Shown: positions 7,884-17,524 of the stretch, piece after piece
How the letters are laid out: each line of letters starts with the position of its first letter
How positions within the stretch are numbered: the stretch's first letter is position 1
Origin: Deltaproteobacteria bacterium
GTDB taxonomy: Bacteria > UBA10199 > DSSB01
Length of the DNA stretch: 29,046 bases
Reading direction: 5' to 3'
Assembly: GCA_020440745.1 (NCBI GenBank)
Contig: JAGRNM010000001.1
Span: 1 to 29,046 of the forward strand
Made by a program: the position numbers and the translations under genes
The notes under the pieces: generated by a model
The model's database searches: none
Told to the model about the DNA's origin: nothing
Seen by the model: the letters and a program-made list of their open reading frames with translations, nothing else

Positions 7884-8270
7884 TCAAGAGCGACTTTGGT
7901 AATATTTTATCCCGGATAGAATCGCTTGTTCGGAAGCAGAAATAAGACCTCCTGCCATACTTCCTGCAATGCTTAAAGCTGGGGCAGCGTATCCGCTGAT
8001 TATTTTGGTTTTTTCCCTTTTTGCCTGACCTTCACCATAGAATTTTTCAGCCAGTTTCACTGCTTGTTCAGCCCTTCTACTAAGCTTGCCAGGATCGCTG
8101 ACCCCTTTAGTCATAAGGCCGATAAATTCATCTTTGTAGACTTGTGTGAGGGGTTTACCGCGGAAACCCATATCTTGAATAGCCAAACCGGCGATTGCTA
8201 AGTCTTTTGTTGCTTCGAATTTTTCTGAAGCAGAGGCAAAAGTATTTTTAAAACTAGTTAAAATAGACAT
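7884..8270 (-). CDS. Hypothetical protein (128 aa from the internal Met MSILTSF...)
   Basis: ORF track gives 7884-8309. That start overlaps the 3' end of the upstream permease gene, so the Met at 8270 is the more plausible start. I recognise no domain. Confidence 0.4.
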   Translation of the reverse strand: MSILTSFKNTFASASEKFEATKDLAIAGLAIQDMGFRGKPLTQVYKDEFIGLMTKGVSDPGKLSRRAEQAVKLAEKFYGEGQAKREKTKIISGYAAPALSIAGSMAGGLISASEQAILSGIKYYQSRS

Positions 8271-8280
8271 GGGGGACTCC

Positions 8281-9528
8281 TTACCAATAAATCCATGAGA
8301 CCATCGCATAAAGGGGCAATAAGATCAAGGCCGCATAAATTAAATAACTAAAAAAACCTAAGGTCTTAAAACCTTGAGCATCGGCAATGGCTTTTACCAT
8401 AAAGTTAGGACCATTACCAATATAAGATAGGGCTCCAAAAAGTACGGCCCCGGAGGAGATAGCCATTAATAGATTTTCTTGGACGCTGGCCACTAAGTTC
8501 CCTTGACTAGGTAAGCCTTGGGCCAAAGAAAAGAAAGTAAGATAAGTGGGGGCATTGTCTAAAAAGGCAGATAAGGTCCCGGTAAGCCAGAAAAAGGGCT
8601 TAGGCGAGTCAATGGCCAGGCTGGGTCCGATGGCTTTGAGTTTGAGCATGGCTGGGGTCATGGTCAGGAAAATTCCAAAAAATAAAATGGCTACTTCCCA
8701 AAGGGGTTCAAAACTAAAATGATTTTTTTCTCTGACCTTTCTAGAAGTGGTCATGAGTGAAAGTCCTAAGCTAAGCGCCAGCCCCAGCTCTCTTAAGGGG
8801 CTATCCAAAAACAAACTGCCTAAGATTAAAGCAAAGTAGAGAAGATTAATTTTTCCCTCTAATCCAAAGGCTCTTTGATTTTCTAGGGGGATGACTTGGG
8901 GAAGGGGAGAGCGACTTTCTAAGTATTTTTCCCAAAAATAAAAAATAACTAACAAGGGTAAAAGGACAGAAGCCCACACAGGAAAAAGATGGAGCGTCCA
9001 GGCAAAAGGAACTCCTTTTAAATAGCCTAAGAAAAGAGGTGGGTCTCCTAAAGGAGTCAAAAGCCCACCTGTATTGCTAACAACGAGAATAAAAAATAAA
9101 GGGCGATGGAAGTGCTCTGGTTTTTCTAAATTGGCTCTTAAAAAAGGTCTAATCAGTAACATGCTGGCGCCTGTAGTGCCAATAAGGTTGGCTAAGAGGC
9201 CGCCCAGCGCCAAAAGACCGGTATTCTTAAAGGCGCTTCCTCCTAGGGAGCCTTCTATATATAGTCCTCCGCTCACCACATAAAGACTACCGATTAAAAG
9301 AATAAAGGATAGGTATTCGTGTAGACTATGGCCTAAGGGTTCCCATTGCCCTTGTTTTAAGAAAAATGCCACTACCGGTAGGCTTAAGCCCAAGCTTAAA
9401 GCTAGGCGAAAGAGATTTTTCTCCCAAAGCTTATGCAAGAGTAAGGGAAAAATACCAATGGCTATTAATAAACTAAAAAAAGGAGCTAAAAGTAGCCAAG
9501 GCAAACTTTCTATGTTAGCGGAATCCAT
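8281..9528 (-). CDS. ArsB/NhaD-superfamily (CitMHS-like) ion transporter / permease
   Basis: 415-aa polytopic membrane protein with about 10-12 hydrophobic segments. The motif VVSNTGGLLTPLGDPPLFLGY resembles the N-x-GG...TP-x-GNP signature of ArsB/NhaD-type permeases. Confidence 0.55.
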   Translation of the reverse strand: MDSANIESLPWLLLAPFFSLLIAIGIFPLLLHKLWEKNLFRLALSLGLSLPVVAFFLKQGQWEPLGHSLHEYLSFILLIGSLYVVSGGLYIEGSLGGSAFKNTGLLALGGLLANLIGTTGASMLLIRPFLRANLEKPEHFHRPLFFILVVSNTGGLLTPLGDPPLFLGYLKGVPFAWTLHLFPVWASVLLPLLVIFYFWEKYLESRSPLPQVIPLENQRAFGLEGKINLLYFALILGSLFLDSPLRELGLALSLGLSLMTTSRKVREKNHFSFEPLWEVAILFFGIFLTMTPAMLKLKAIGPSLAIDSPKPFFWLTGTLSAFLDNAPTYLTFFSLAQGLPSQGNLVASVQENLLMAISSGAVLFGALSYIGNGPNFMVKAIADAQGFKTLGFFSYLIYAALILLPLYAMVSWIYW

Positions 9529-9580
9529 GGAAGCGGCCTTCTAGCTTCTTTTGATAAAAAAGATCAATGGAGTTTAAACC

Positions 9581-10000
9581 ATGTCCTCAAGTCGTCGTGA
9601 ATTTCTAAAATCTTTAATCATTCCCGTAAGTCTTTATGCCACCGTAGCTTGTAGTCCGGCTCAAGAAAGCCAAAAAGTCGCCCAATCCTTTGTGCAGAGT
9701 TATTATGTGGACATTGATTTGCCTAAGGCCAAAGGCTTTACGGTTGCTTTGGCCTCGGACAAGATCCAACAACAAGAGCAATTAATGCAAGGTCTGGCTC
9801 CTAGGTCGAGTGCTGATAAGCCTTCGGTGAACTTTAAGTTATTAAGCCAAGAAGAGAATCAAGAAGAAGCCCGTTACGAATACCTGATTGAAAGTTCTAA
9901 GGAAACTCTTCAAGTCCTAGTTAAAGTCCGTCCCTGGGAAGGCGCCTGGAAAGTCAGCATGTTTAGCGAGAGCGCCAGAGAACTTCCCCAGGAGGATTAA
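9581..10000 (+). CDS. Small exported protein with a twin-arginine (Tat) type signal and a possible lipobox
   Basis: The N-terminus MSSSRREFLKSLIIPVSLYATVACS contains S-R-R-x-F-L-K. That is followed by a hydrophobic stretch and Cys (TVAC). The mature part is Gln/Glu-rich. Confidence 0.5.
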   Translation: MSSSRREFLKSLIIPVSLYATVACSPAQESQKVAQSFVQSYYVDIDLPKAKGFTVALASDKIQQQEQLMQGLAPRSSADKPSVNFKLLSQEENQEEARYEYLIESSKETLQVLVKVRPWEGAWKVSMFSESARELPQED

Positions 10001-10074
10001 AGTCCTTTTCTTTTTTGTACCTTAAATTTTTGTGCCTTGATGATTGAGCCACTTTCTTTCCATGAAAGCTGCTT

Positions 10075-10902
10075 TTAAGGAGCGCAAGTATAGACTTTTT
10101 TGTCAGCTTCTAAGTGACACTGACCTGTTGCCTCTTGTTGAAAATATTTTTGTAAGGCCAAGGAAGCTAACTCTTTAAGTTCATGATCCTTAGAAGAACT
10201 GGCTAAGTAATCAAGTAATCCTCGGGCTGCTTCTGGATTTTTAAATTCTCCAGGATAAAGATCTAAAGCCTTTAAGGCGTTTTTATATTGAATATCAAAA
10301 AAACCGGCTTGCTCCAAAAAGGCATTAAGCCCCACCGGTAAGCCTTGGATACCTTCTACCAAAGCCCATCCAATCATCGTGGCTCCACCTTCTCCGCCAA
10401 TCTTTTTTTGAACATAATAGTGATCAAGCTCTACAGCGGCTCCAGGTTTGAGAGCTTTTAGACGTTCCTTGGGGATATCAAGGGTTATTTCAAAGCCTTT
10501 TTCTAAGTGTTCTTCACGAACAGCTCTTTGGCGATTTTCCTCTACTTTTATAGGCAAGATCTTGACGGTGTAATAATTAGGTCGGCGATCTTTAAAAAGA
10601 AGCTTCTTTTTTTCTTTTAATTTTTGGGGATCCTTACCAAAGCGGCCTTCTTCGTAGGCCGTTATTTCTTCTGGTGTTGCTTTACGGATTTCTAAAAGAC
10701 TGCCCAACATTTTATACTCATCAACATTGCCTCTTCTGGGTTGGGTTACAGCCTGATAACCTAGGACAGACTCTTGTAGTGGATTGGGTTTTTCTAAATT
10801 ACGGGCCTGAAGTGGCAGGGTGAACCCTAAAATAAGGGCAGCAATCCCCCAAGTTAGGACGTATTTTTTAGTACTTAAGCTTAGAATACTTAAATTTTGC
10901 AT
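10075..10902 (-). CDS. Hypothetical secreted protein
   Basis: 275 aa. It has an N-terminal signal-peptide-like segment (MQNLSILSLSTKKYVLTWGIAALILGFTLPLQA) and a Lys/Glu-rich central region. I recognise no domain. Confidence 0.5.
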   Translation of the reverse strand: MQNLSILSLSTKKYVLTWGIAALILGFTLPLQARNLEKPNPLQESVLGYQAVTQPRRGNVDEYKMLGSLLEIRKATPEEITAYEEGRFGKDPQKLKEKKKLLFKDRRPNYYTVKILPIKVEENRQRAVREEHLEKGFEITLDIPKERLKALKPGAAVELDHYYVQKKIGGEGGATMIGWALVEGIQGLPVGLNAFLEQAGFFDIQYKNALKALDLYPGEFKNPEAARGLLDYLASSSKDHELKELASLALQKYFQQEATGQCHLEADKKVYTCAP

Positions 10903-11123
10903 GGGCTTTCTCCTTATAAAATTAATCCTTCTCTAAACCGGTCCTTAGAGTTTTTACTTAATAGATAGAGTATCTTCTTTTTTAGTTAAAAGATTCCGCA
11001 AGCCCTCTTACTTTATAAGGCCTTAGAGTCAAGATCGCCAATAGAAAACTTGTACTTGCCTGTCAGTCCCTCTCCGGATTAGGGGTTAAAACCCAATTTT
11101 AAGCTTAAACCACGGAATTTCCT

Positions 11124-11837
11124 ATGGCCAAGGTATTGATCTTACAAAACCATCCCGATTTTGACGCTGGTAGCTTTGCCGAAGAACTAAAGAGTCGAGA
11201 AATAGACTTTGACTATCACAAAGTTTTTGAATCGGGCGCTCCCCAACCAGAACTTTTATCAGGCGTTAAGGGTCTGATTATTTTGGGGGGACCTCTAAGC
11301 TTTAGAGTCGATCAGGTGGAGAAAAATCCTAAGCTTTTAGAACAAATTAGTTTTTTAAGAGTTGCTCTAGAAGCACACCAACCCATGATTGCCGTTAGTC
11401 AAGGAGCCTGTCTTTTGGCCGCTGCTCAAGGCGCTTGGGTAGAAAAAGCTCCTAAGGCGGTGACTGGTTGGACTCAAGGGGAGATCTACTCTGATTATTC
11501 TCGCAACAGTGTGATTTATTCCAAAGTAGAAGAAAAGAGAATACCTGCTTTTTCCTATTTAGACACCTTTCATGGTTTCCCCCCCAAGGGGTATTGGTAT
11601 GTCTACCATCCCGATTGTCGCTATTTTTCTTCGGGTATTCATGGTAATTGTTACCTTTTTAACTTTCACCCGGAAGTGACAGAAGCTTTGTTAAAGACTT
11701 GGGTGCAGAAATTCCCTCAGGATTTTGGGGGAGAAGAAGCTGCTCAAGCACTTTTGTCAGGGATTGACAAAAAACTGGACTATTCCAAAGACTTTAGTCG
11801 TAAGATTATTCATGCATTTGCTTCTTTTCTTAGATAA
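11124..11837 (+). CDS. Class-I glutamine amidotransferase-like (GATase1 fold) protein
   Basis: 237 aa with the GATase1-like layout LIILGGPLS ... QPMIAVSQGACLLAAA (nucleophile-elbow-like Cys) ... H-x-E-like C-terminal region. The exact subfamily is unclear. Confidence 0.5.
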   Translation: MAKVLILQNHPDFDAGSFAEELKSREIDFDYHKVFESGAPQPELLSGVKGLIILGGPLSFRVDQVEKNPKLLEQISFLRVALEAHQPMIAVSQGACLLAAAQGAWVEKAPKAVTGWTQGEIYSDYSRNSVIYSKVEEKRIPAFSYLDTFHGFPPKGYWYVYHPDCRYFSSGIHGNCYLFNFHPEVTEALLKTWVQKFPQDFGGEEAAQALLSGIDKKLDYSKDFSRKIIHAFASFLR

Positions 11838-11928
11838 AAGAGTTAAGAGACAAAAAGCTAAAGAATAATAAAGACTTTGGTATTAAATAGTTAAAATAAA
11901 AATCTAAAATAAAACTAAAGAGGAAATC

Positions 11929-13134
11929 ATGAGAAAATTAGTCCTTGTATTGGCCGTGTTATTGGTTGCTTGTCAGCCGCAAGAATCTAACTCCGCTCCT
12001 TCCCAGGAAAAGGAAGCCGTTAAACCTGCTGCTCAGCCTACAGAGGCACCTGCTCAAGCAAAAGAAGCTCCTGCCCCCCAAGCTGCACCTGTGGAGAAGA
12101 CAGCTCCTGTAGAAGAGAAGGATTCGACACAAAACCAAACAGGAGATTCTTTATTTGGTCCTGGAGATCCCAACAAAGTTTTAGCCAAGGTGAATGGAGT
12201 TGAAATCACTGATGCAGAAGTGGTTGAAGAACTAGAACCCAACTTTGCTAATATGCGCAAAAAGCTAGAAGAAGATATTTTAAAACTAAAGCTTAGTGCC
12301 ATTGACAACATGATTGATCGCAAATTGATCGAAGCTGCTGCCAAAGAAGCGGGTAAAAATCCCAATCAATATCTTAGAGAAGAAATAGAAGGAAAAGTAG
12401 CGGACGTTGGTGATGAAGAAGCTCAAGCCTTCTATGAAAAAAATAAACCACGTTTTCAAGGCAGACCCTATAGTCAAGTGGCTGGGGATATTAAAAATCA
12501 GCTAAAAAGTAACCAAGTGCGTATATTCCAGAGTAACTTAATGGAGCGCCTTAATGAAAACGCGGAAATAGAAGTCTACCTAGAGCCTGAACGAGTCCAA
12601 GTAAGCGTTGACGATGATCCTTCTCGAGGTTCTAAGGACGCTCCTGTGACTATTATTGAATTTACCGATTATCAATGTCCCTATTGCGCTAAGGTCAGAC
12701 CAACTTTGGCTCAGGTAAGAAAAGAGTATGGTGATAAAATACACTACGTCTTAAGAGACTTTCCTTTAAGTTTTCACAAAGATGCTCCTAAGGCTGCCGA
12801 GGCTGCTTCCTGTGCGGGAGATCAAGGTAAGTATTGGGAGTACAGCGAACTGCTCTGGAAAAATCAAAAGGCCTTACAACCCAACAAGTTAAAGGAGTAT
12901 GCCAAACAAGTTGGTTTGGATGCTGATAAATTTGGCCAATGTTTAGATAAAAATACTTATGCTGGAGAGGTACGTAAGGACATGAGAGACGGCTCACAAG
13001 CAGGAGTTACAGGCACTCCAGCTTTTTTTATCAATGGACTTAAACTCTCTGGTGCTCAACCCCTTAGTTCCTTTAAAAAAGTCATTGATTCTGAGTTAAA
13101 AAAACAAGCCAGGCAAGATAAGCCTAATAGTTAA
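11929..13134 (+). CDS. DsbA-family thiol:disulfide oxidoreductase lipoprotein with an N-terminal Pro/Ala/Glu-rich linker and a SurA-N/PpiC-like chaperone-type middle region
   Basis: Lipoprotein signal MRKLVLVLAVLLVAC. A low-complexity Ala/Pro/Glu-rich stretch spans roughly residues 20-65. A thioredoxin-fold domain carries the CPYC active site (FTDYQCPYCAK). An AGGAAA RBS lies upstream. Confidence 0.7.
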   Translation: MRKLVLVLAVLLVACQPQESNSAPSQEKEAVKPAAQPTEAPAQAKEAPAPQAAPVEKTAPVEEKDSTQNQTGDSLFGPGDPNKVLAKVNGVEITDAEVVEELEPNFANMRKKLEEDILKLKLSAIDNMIDRKLIEAAAKEAGKNPNQYLREEIEGKVADVGDEEAQAFYEKNKPRFQGRPYSQVAGDIKNQLKSNQVRIFQSNLMERLNENAEIEVYLEPERVQVSVDDDPSRGSKDAPVTIIEFTDYQCPYCAKVRPTLAQVRKEYGDKIHYVLRDFPLSFHKDAPKAAEAASCAGDQGKYWEYSELLWKNQKALQPNKLKEYAKQVGLDADKFGQCLDKNTYAGEVRKDMRDGSQAGVTGTPAFFINGLKLSGAQPLSSFKKVIDSELKKQARQDKPNS

Positions 13135-13166
13135 TTCCTTTATCTGTGTTAAAGAGATAAGGAGAA

Positions 13167-13207
13167 AAGCCTCCTCGCTTGACATAAGAGTGTAGGAGGC
13201 TTTTTTA
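13167..13207 (+). terminator. Rho-independent terminator after the dsbA-like gene
   Basis: 9-bp stem AAGCCTCCT/AGGAGGCTT with an 18-nt loop, followed by TTTTTT at 13201-13206. Confidence 0.5.
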
Positions 13208-13232
13208 TAGTGGTAATCATGAGGTTGCTTAG

Positions 13233-14504
<1,272 letters not shown>

Positions 14505-14623
14505 AAACAACCCTTTCAAAATAGACTTGATATACGATAGACGAAAATTGGCTCCTTTTTTAGTTAGAACAAAGGTTTCGTGTATAAGCTATCGTAGAAT
14601 TTTTTCCTAAGAGGGAAAAATTT

Positions 14624-14708
<85 letters not shown>

Positions 14709-14733
14709 TTTTTTTAGTTTTTGTTTGGTAGAT

Positions 14734-14780
14734 TAAAAAAATCCCGAAACCTTGTAAACAGGTTTCGGGATTTTTATTTT
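14734..14780. terminator. Bidirectional intrinsic terminator between tRNA-Ser (+) and the secreted-protein gene A (-)
   Basis: 11-bp stem ATCCCGAAACC/GGTTTCGGGAT (14741-14771). An A-run lies on the 5' side and TTTTATTTT on the 3' side. Confidence 0.5.
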
Positions 14781-14816
14781 ACAAAGATTCTATTTTAAAA
14801 AACTGACTTCTATTTA

Positions 14817-15665
14817 TTATTGTTTGACTAAAACCCACACGGTAGAAGTCCCTGGAGAAATAGCCATGCCTGCATTGTAGGCGTCTAAGGCTAAAAACTC
14901 TAAAGTAGTTCCAAAAGGAACAGTAATATAATTTTGTAGTCCTTGATCGGTAACAAAATCTTCATATAAAGAACCGATGACGCGACATTGGCTGGTATAC
15001 GCAAAACTAACGTTAGCAGACAGACCAGCGGTGCAAAGTAGCTTTAAAGTATCATTGACTTGTCTTTCTGCAGACCCAGGTAATTGAAAGGAAGAAACTA
15101 GATTAGAATTAGAAGTATTTTGAATAACCACTAAACCTTCTGATTGGGGAATAATGGGAGCAAGAATATTACTGTTGCTAGTGACGGTTGTTGCAACTGG
15201 CTGTCTTATACGATTAACAGTAATCAAATCAGTTGTATTTGTATTAGTCTGAATCGTATTAGCACTTAGACTATTACTGCTTACATGACCATCTACAGTC
15301 ACATCTCCAGTGGTATTAATAGTATCAGTAGAAAAATTTTCTGTATAAATGGTTCTAGAGGCTACTTCATCTAGGTTAGCAGTACCTGTTACGTTTAAGT
15401 CTTGTTCTATGGTAGCTCCACCATGAATTATAGCATCTCTTTGGACGGTTAACCTTCTGTCTGCATGGACGTTGTAGGCGTTTAAATCTCCATCGGCCAC
15501 CACATTACCTTCGGTTAAGACGTCGTTACCTACCAAAACATTGGCAGGAAAACTTTGGTCTAGATTAATAGTAAAGCTAGCCTGAGCAGAGCTTAAACCG
15601 ACTAAGCAAAATAGGGTGCTTAATAGGAGAGTTTGGAAGAGGAGTTTAGTTTTTTTATGTGTCAT
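14817..15665 (-). CDS. Secreted Thr/Ser/Asn-rich protein, paralog A of a local family; conserved C-terminal Cys-loop domain
   Basis: 282 aa. Signal peptide MTHKKTKLLFQTLLLSTLFCLVGLSSAQA. The central region has short degenerate repeats (LNVTGTANLD, INTTGDVTVDG). The C-terminal region LLCTAG...SQCRV...VPFGTTLEF aligns with the C-terminus of ORF B. Confidence 0.6.
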   Translation of the reverse strand: MTHKKTKLLFQTLLLSTLFCLVGLSSAQASFTINLDQSFPANVLVGNDVLTEGNVVADGDLNAYNVHADRRLTVQRDAIIHGGATIEQDLNVTGTANLDEVASRTIYTENFSTDTINTTGDVTVDGHVSSNSLSANTIQTNTNTTDLITVNRIRQPVATTVTSNSNILAPIIPQSEGLVVIQNTSNSNLVSSFQLPGSAERQVNDTLKLLCTAGLSANVSFAYTSQCRVIGSLYEDFVTDQGLQNYITVPFGTTLEFLALDAYNAGMAISPGTSTVWVLVKQ

Positions 15666-15921
15666 AGCCGTTTCCTTTCTGATTTACTTGAAAGAACAAC
15701 AACAATGACGCATCGCTAGGTTAGGGTATGAGTGTTGAATGGGGGCAGAGGAAAGACCCAAGCTTACTTGATTGTAAGCTCTTTGCAGTAGAATGATTGG
15801 AGTGCCTCTTGTTTCCATTGTTGGTAACCCTGCTCTCCCTCTTTTAAGATTTAATAAAAGTAAAAACTTAAAAAGGGAGCAGTAGCTTTGCGTCCCCGAG
15901 TTACCTCGGGTTTGCCTTTGT
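15663..15921 (-). promoter_or_regulatory. Conserved 5' leader/promoter module, copy A
   Basis: Boxes shared with copies B and C, read in minus-strand sense. The hairpin box is AGACAAAGGCAAACCCGAG-GUAA-CUCGGGGACGCAAAGCUACUG, with plus-strand coordinates 15895-15910 for the stem-loop. The other boxes are AGCAGGGTTACC, TGCGTCATTGTTGTTG and GAAAGGAAACGGCT-ATG. Confidence 0.5.
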
Positions 15922-16073
15922 CTTAATGGATTATTTTTAAGAGAGTGTGTCTCTTGTTTAAGAGATCTTGTAAGGGATTTTAAAAAGCGCTGTCTAGTTT
16001 TTTTTATATTTTGTTTAAAAAAAATTCATTATTTTTTGATGCATTGCATCTATTTCTTGTGACTTATTGCATT

Positions 16074-16114
16074 AAAAAAAACCCGAAAGCTTTTTTAAAC
16101 TTTCGGGTTTTTTC
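16074..16114. terminator. Bidirectional intrinsic terminator downstream of secreted-protein gene B (-)
   Basis: Stem ACCCGAAAG/CTTTCGGGT (16081-16108). An A-run lies on one side and a T-run on the other. Confidence 0.5.
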
Positions 16115-16134
16115 ATTTTTTATTGGTTTTATTT

Positions 16135-16827
16135 TTATCTAATTTGGAACCACTTGCCTAACATTCTTTTAAACTCAGTGGTACGACCAAAGTAGACCAT
16201 GGTGCTACTTACTTGGCTTCCATATTTATTAACGAGTGTGTCAAGGTTGTATCCAAAGCTAGTTGCTGGGGCAACGCTACAGTTTGGATAGTTGGTGTAA
16301 TATTGGACAATAATATCAGGTGCCCAACAGGTGAGGGTGACGATGGTTCCGTCTTCAACATTACTAGGTAAACGGAAAGTAGCTGTGGCTCCTGGGCTGA
16401 CACTCGCTCTCATGATCACGTGTCCTAGTTCGGTGATATTAGCATCACTATAGCTGGTGACGTTTTTATAAGGTTCAACTAGTTCACCTCGTTTTAATTT
16501 ACTTAAGTCAGCGCTTCCCGTGATAGTCGCTTGTTCAGCTACTAAAGAAACGAAGTTAGAGTTAGTTCCTGTGACTTCATTTAGGATACTAAGATTACCG
16601 ACTTCCATATCGGAAGCGATTACTTCCACACCATCTCCCCCTAGGACTAAGGTCTCACTTCCTGTAGTCCCTCCAGAGTCTATTCCTTCACTGTCGCCAG
16701 AAAGAGAAATTTGCTCGGTGGTTTTTCCTGCGTCAATGCTTTCTGCTCGGAGACTAAACGGGATGCTTAAGGCAAGCAGGAAGATTAAGGTTAAGGAACG
16801 ATGGAGTGTTTTATATTTTTGTATCAT
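16135..16827 (-). CDS. Secreted Thr/Ser/Gly-rich protein, paralog B (231 aa from Met MIQKYKTL...)
   Basis: The ORF track extends to 16956. The Met at 16827 sits directly after the conserved GAAAGGAAACGGCT RBS box and begins a signal peptide (MIQKYKTLHRSLTLIFLLALSIPFSLRAES). The C-terminal TLTCWAP...PNCSV...VYFGRTTEF aligns with paralog A. Confidence 0.6.
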   Translation of the reverse strand: MIQKYKTLHRSLTLIFLLALSIPFSLRAESIDAGKTTEQISLSGDSEGIDSGGTTGSETLVLGGDGVEVIASDMEVGNLSILNEVTGTNSNFVSLVAEQATITGSADLSKLKRGELVEPYKNVTSYSDANITELGHVIMRASVSPGATATFRLPSNVEDGTIVTLTCWAPDIIVQYYTNYPNCSVAPATSFGYNLDTLVNKYGSQVSSTMVYFGRTTEFKRMLGKWFQIR

Positions 16828-17010
16828 AGCCGTTTCCTTTCCAATGTGGTTTTGAAAAGACAAACAACAATGACGCATGACTGGGGTTAGAAAAATAATT
16901 TTTCCTTTAGGTAACCCTGCTATCCTAGTCTTTGTTTTTTGATTTCTCTTTAACAAAAACTAGGACCAGTAGCTTTGCGTCCCCGAGTTGCCTCGGGTTT
17001 GCCTTTGTCT
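16825..17010 (-). promoter_or_regulatory. Conserved 5' leader/promoter module, copy B (the shortest copy)
   Basis: It has the same ordered boxes as copies A and C. The hairpin is at 16982-16997. In minus-strand sense its loop is GCAA, where A and C have GUAA. Both are GNRA tetraloops. Confidence 0.5.
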
Positions 17011-17082
17011 AGGTTAATAGATGAACTTACAAAGATCGTCTTATTTCACTTGATTTCATTTTAAGAGATAAATACTTGCAAT

Positions 17083-17115
17083 AAAAAAGCCATCCAAGCT
17101 TTTGCTCGGATGGCT
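17083..17115 (-). terminator. Intrinsic terminator oriented for minus-strand transcripts coming from module C
   Basis: In minus-strand sense: hairpin AGCCATCC-(12 nt)-GGATGGCT followed by TTTTTT. It lies about 410 nt downstream of the small ORF stop. Confidence 0.4.
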
Positions 17116-17524
17116 TCCCTTAGATTCTGCTCTTTTTAGTTATTACTTAGAAGCTTTCATCGAGCATTTTCTGGGTTTGGTTCCAATACTTCTTGGGGTT
17201 GTTAAGAAGTATTGGTTTTTACGATTTCTTTTTTTAAAAAAATGTCATCTAGTCTTTAATTTTTTCACTCATTCTCAGTTGCTAGACTGGACTTTCATTT
17301 TAATTTTCAAAGAAACCGTTTTGTCCTTACGGAGAACCTTTGTATTTTTTTTTCATGAACCAGCCTCTATTTTTTTGAGCCTTGTTTTTCCTCTTAGGGT
17401 CTTAAGCTCTGTTAGCGGTTCTAAGTGGGAGGTTAGAGCTGGATCCTAAGGAGTTAAAGGCTAGGCCCTTTTTGCTGGTCATGATTGTTCTCTTCTAAGA
17501 ACACTTCAAGAGCAGCGCTTGGCC

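Noticed and set aside
9074-9283. ORF 9074-9283 (+)
   Set aside because: It is antisense to the permease gene and has a basic, low-complexity translation.
12054-12997. ORFs 12054-12365 (-), 12286-12477 (-) and 12788-12997 (-)
   Set aside because: They are antisense to the well-supported DsbA-like gene and have low-complexity Ala/Ser-rich translations.
14817-16827. PEP-CTERM sorting signals on secreted paralogs A and B, as targets of the exosortase at 28410+, or chlamydial Pmp-like GGA[ILV]/FxxN motifs
   Set aside because: Neither protein ends with a TM helix plus basic tail. There is only one loose GGAT and no FxxN pattern.
16940-16975. Sigma-54 promoter inside the conserved leader modules (TGGTCC-N5-TTTGT on the minus strand)
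   Set aside because: TGG and TTG are present, but the conserved -12 GC is absent or shifted by 1 nt in copies B and C.
16209-17449. ORFs 16209-16403 (-), 16520-16855 (+) and 17102-17449 (+)
   Set aside because: The first two overlap secreted-protein gene B. The third is a low-complexity frame through the noncoding tail of the module-C transcript unit and has no RBS or start context.
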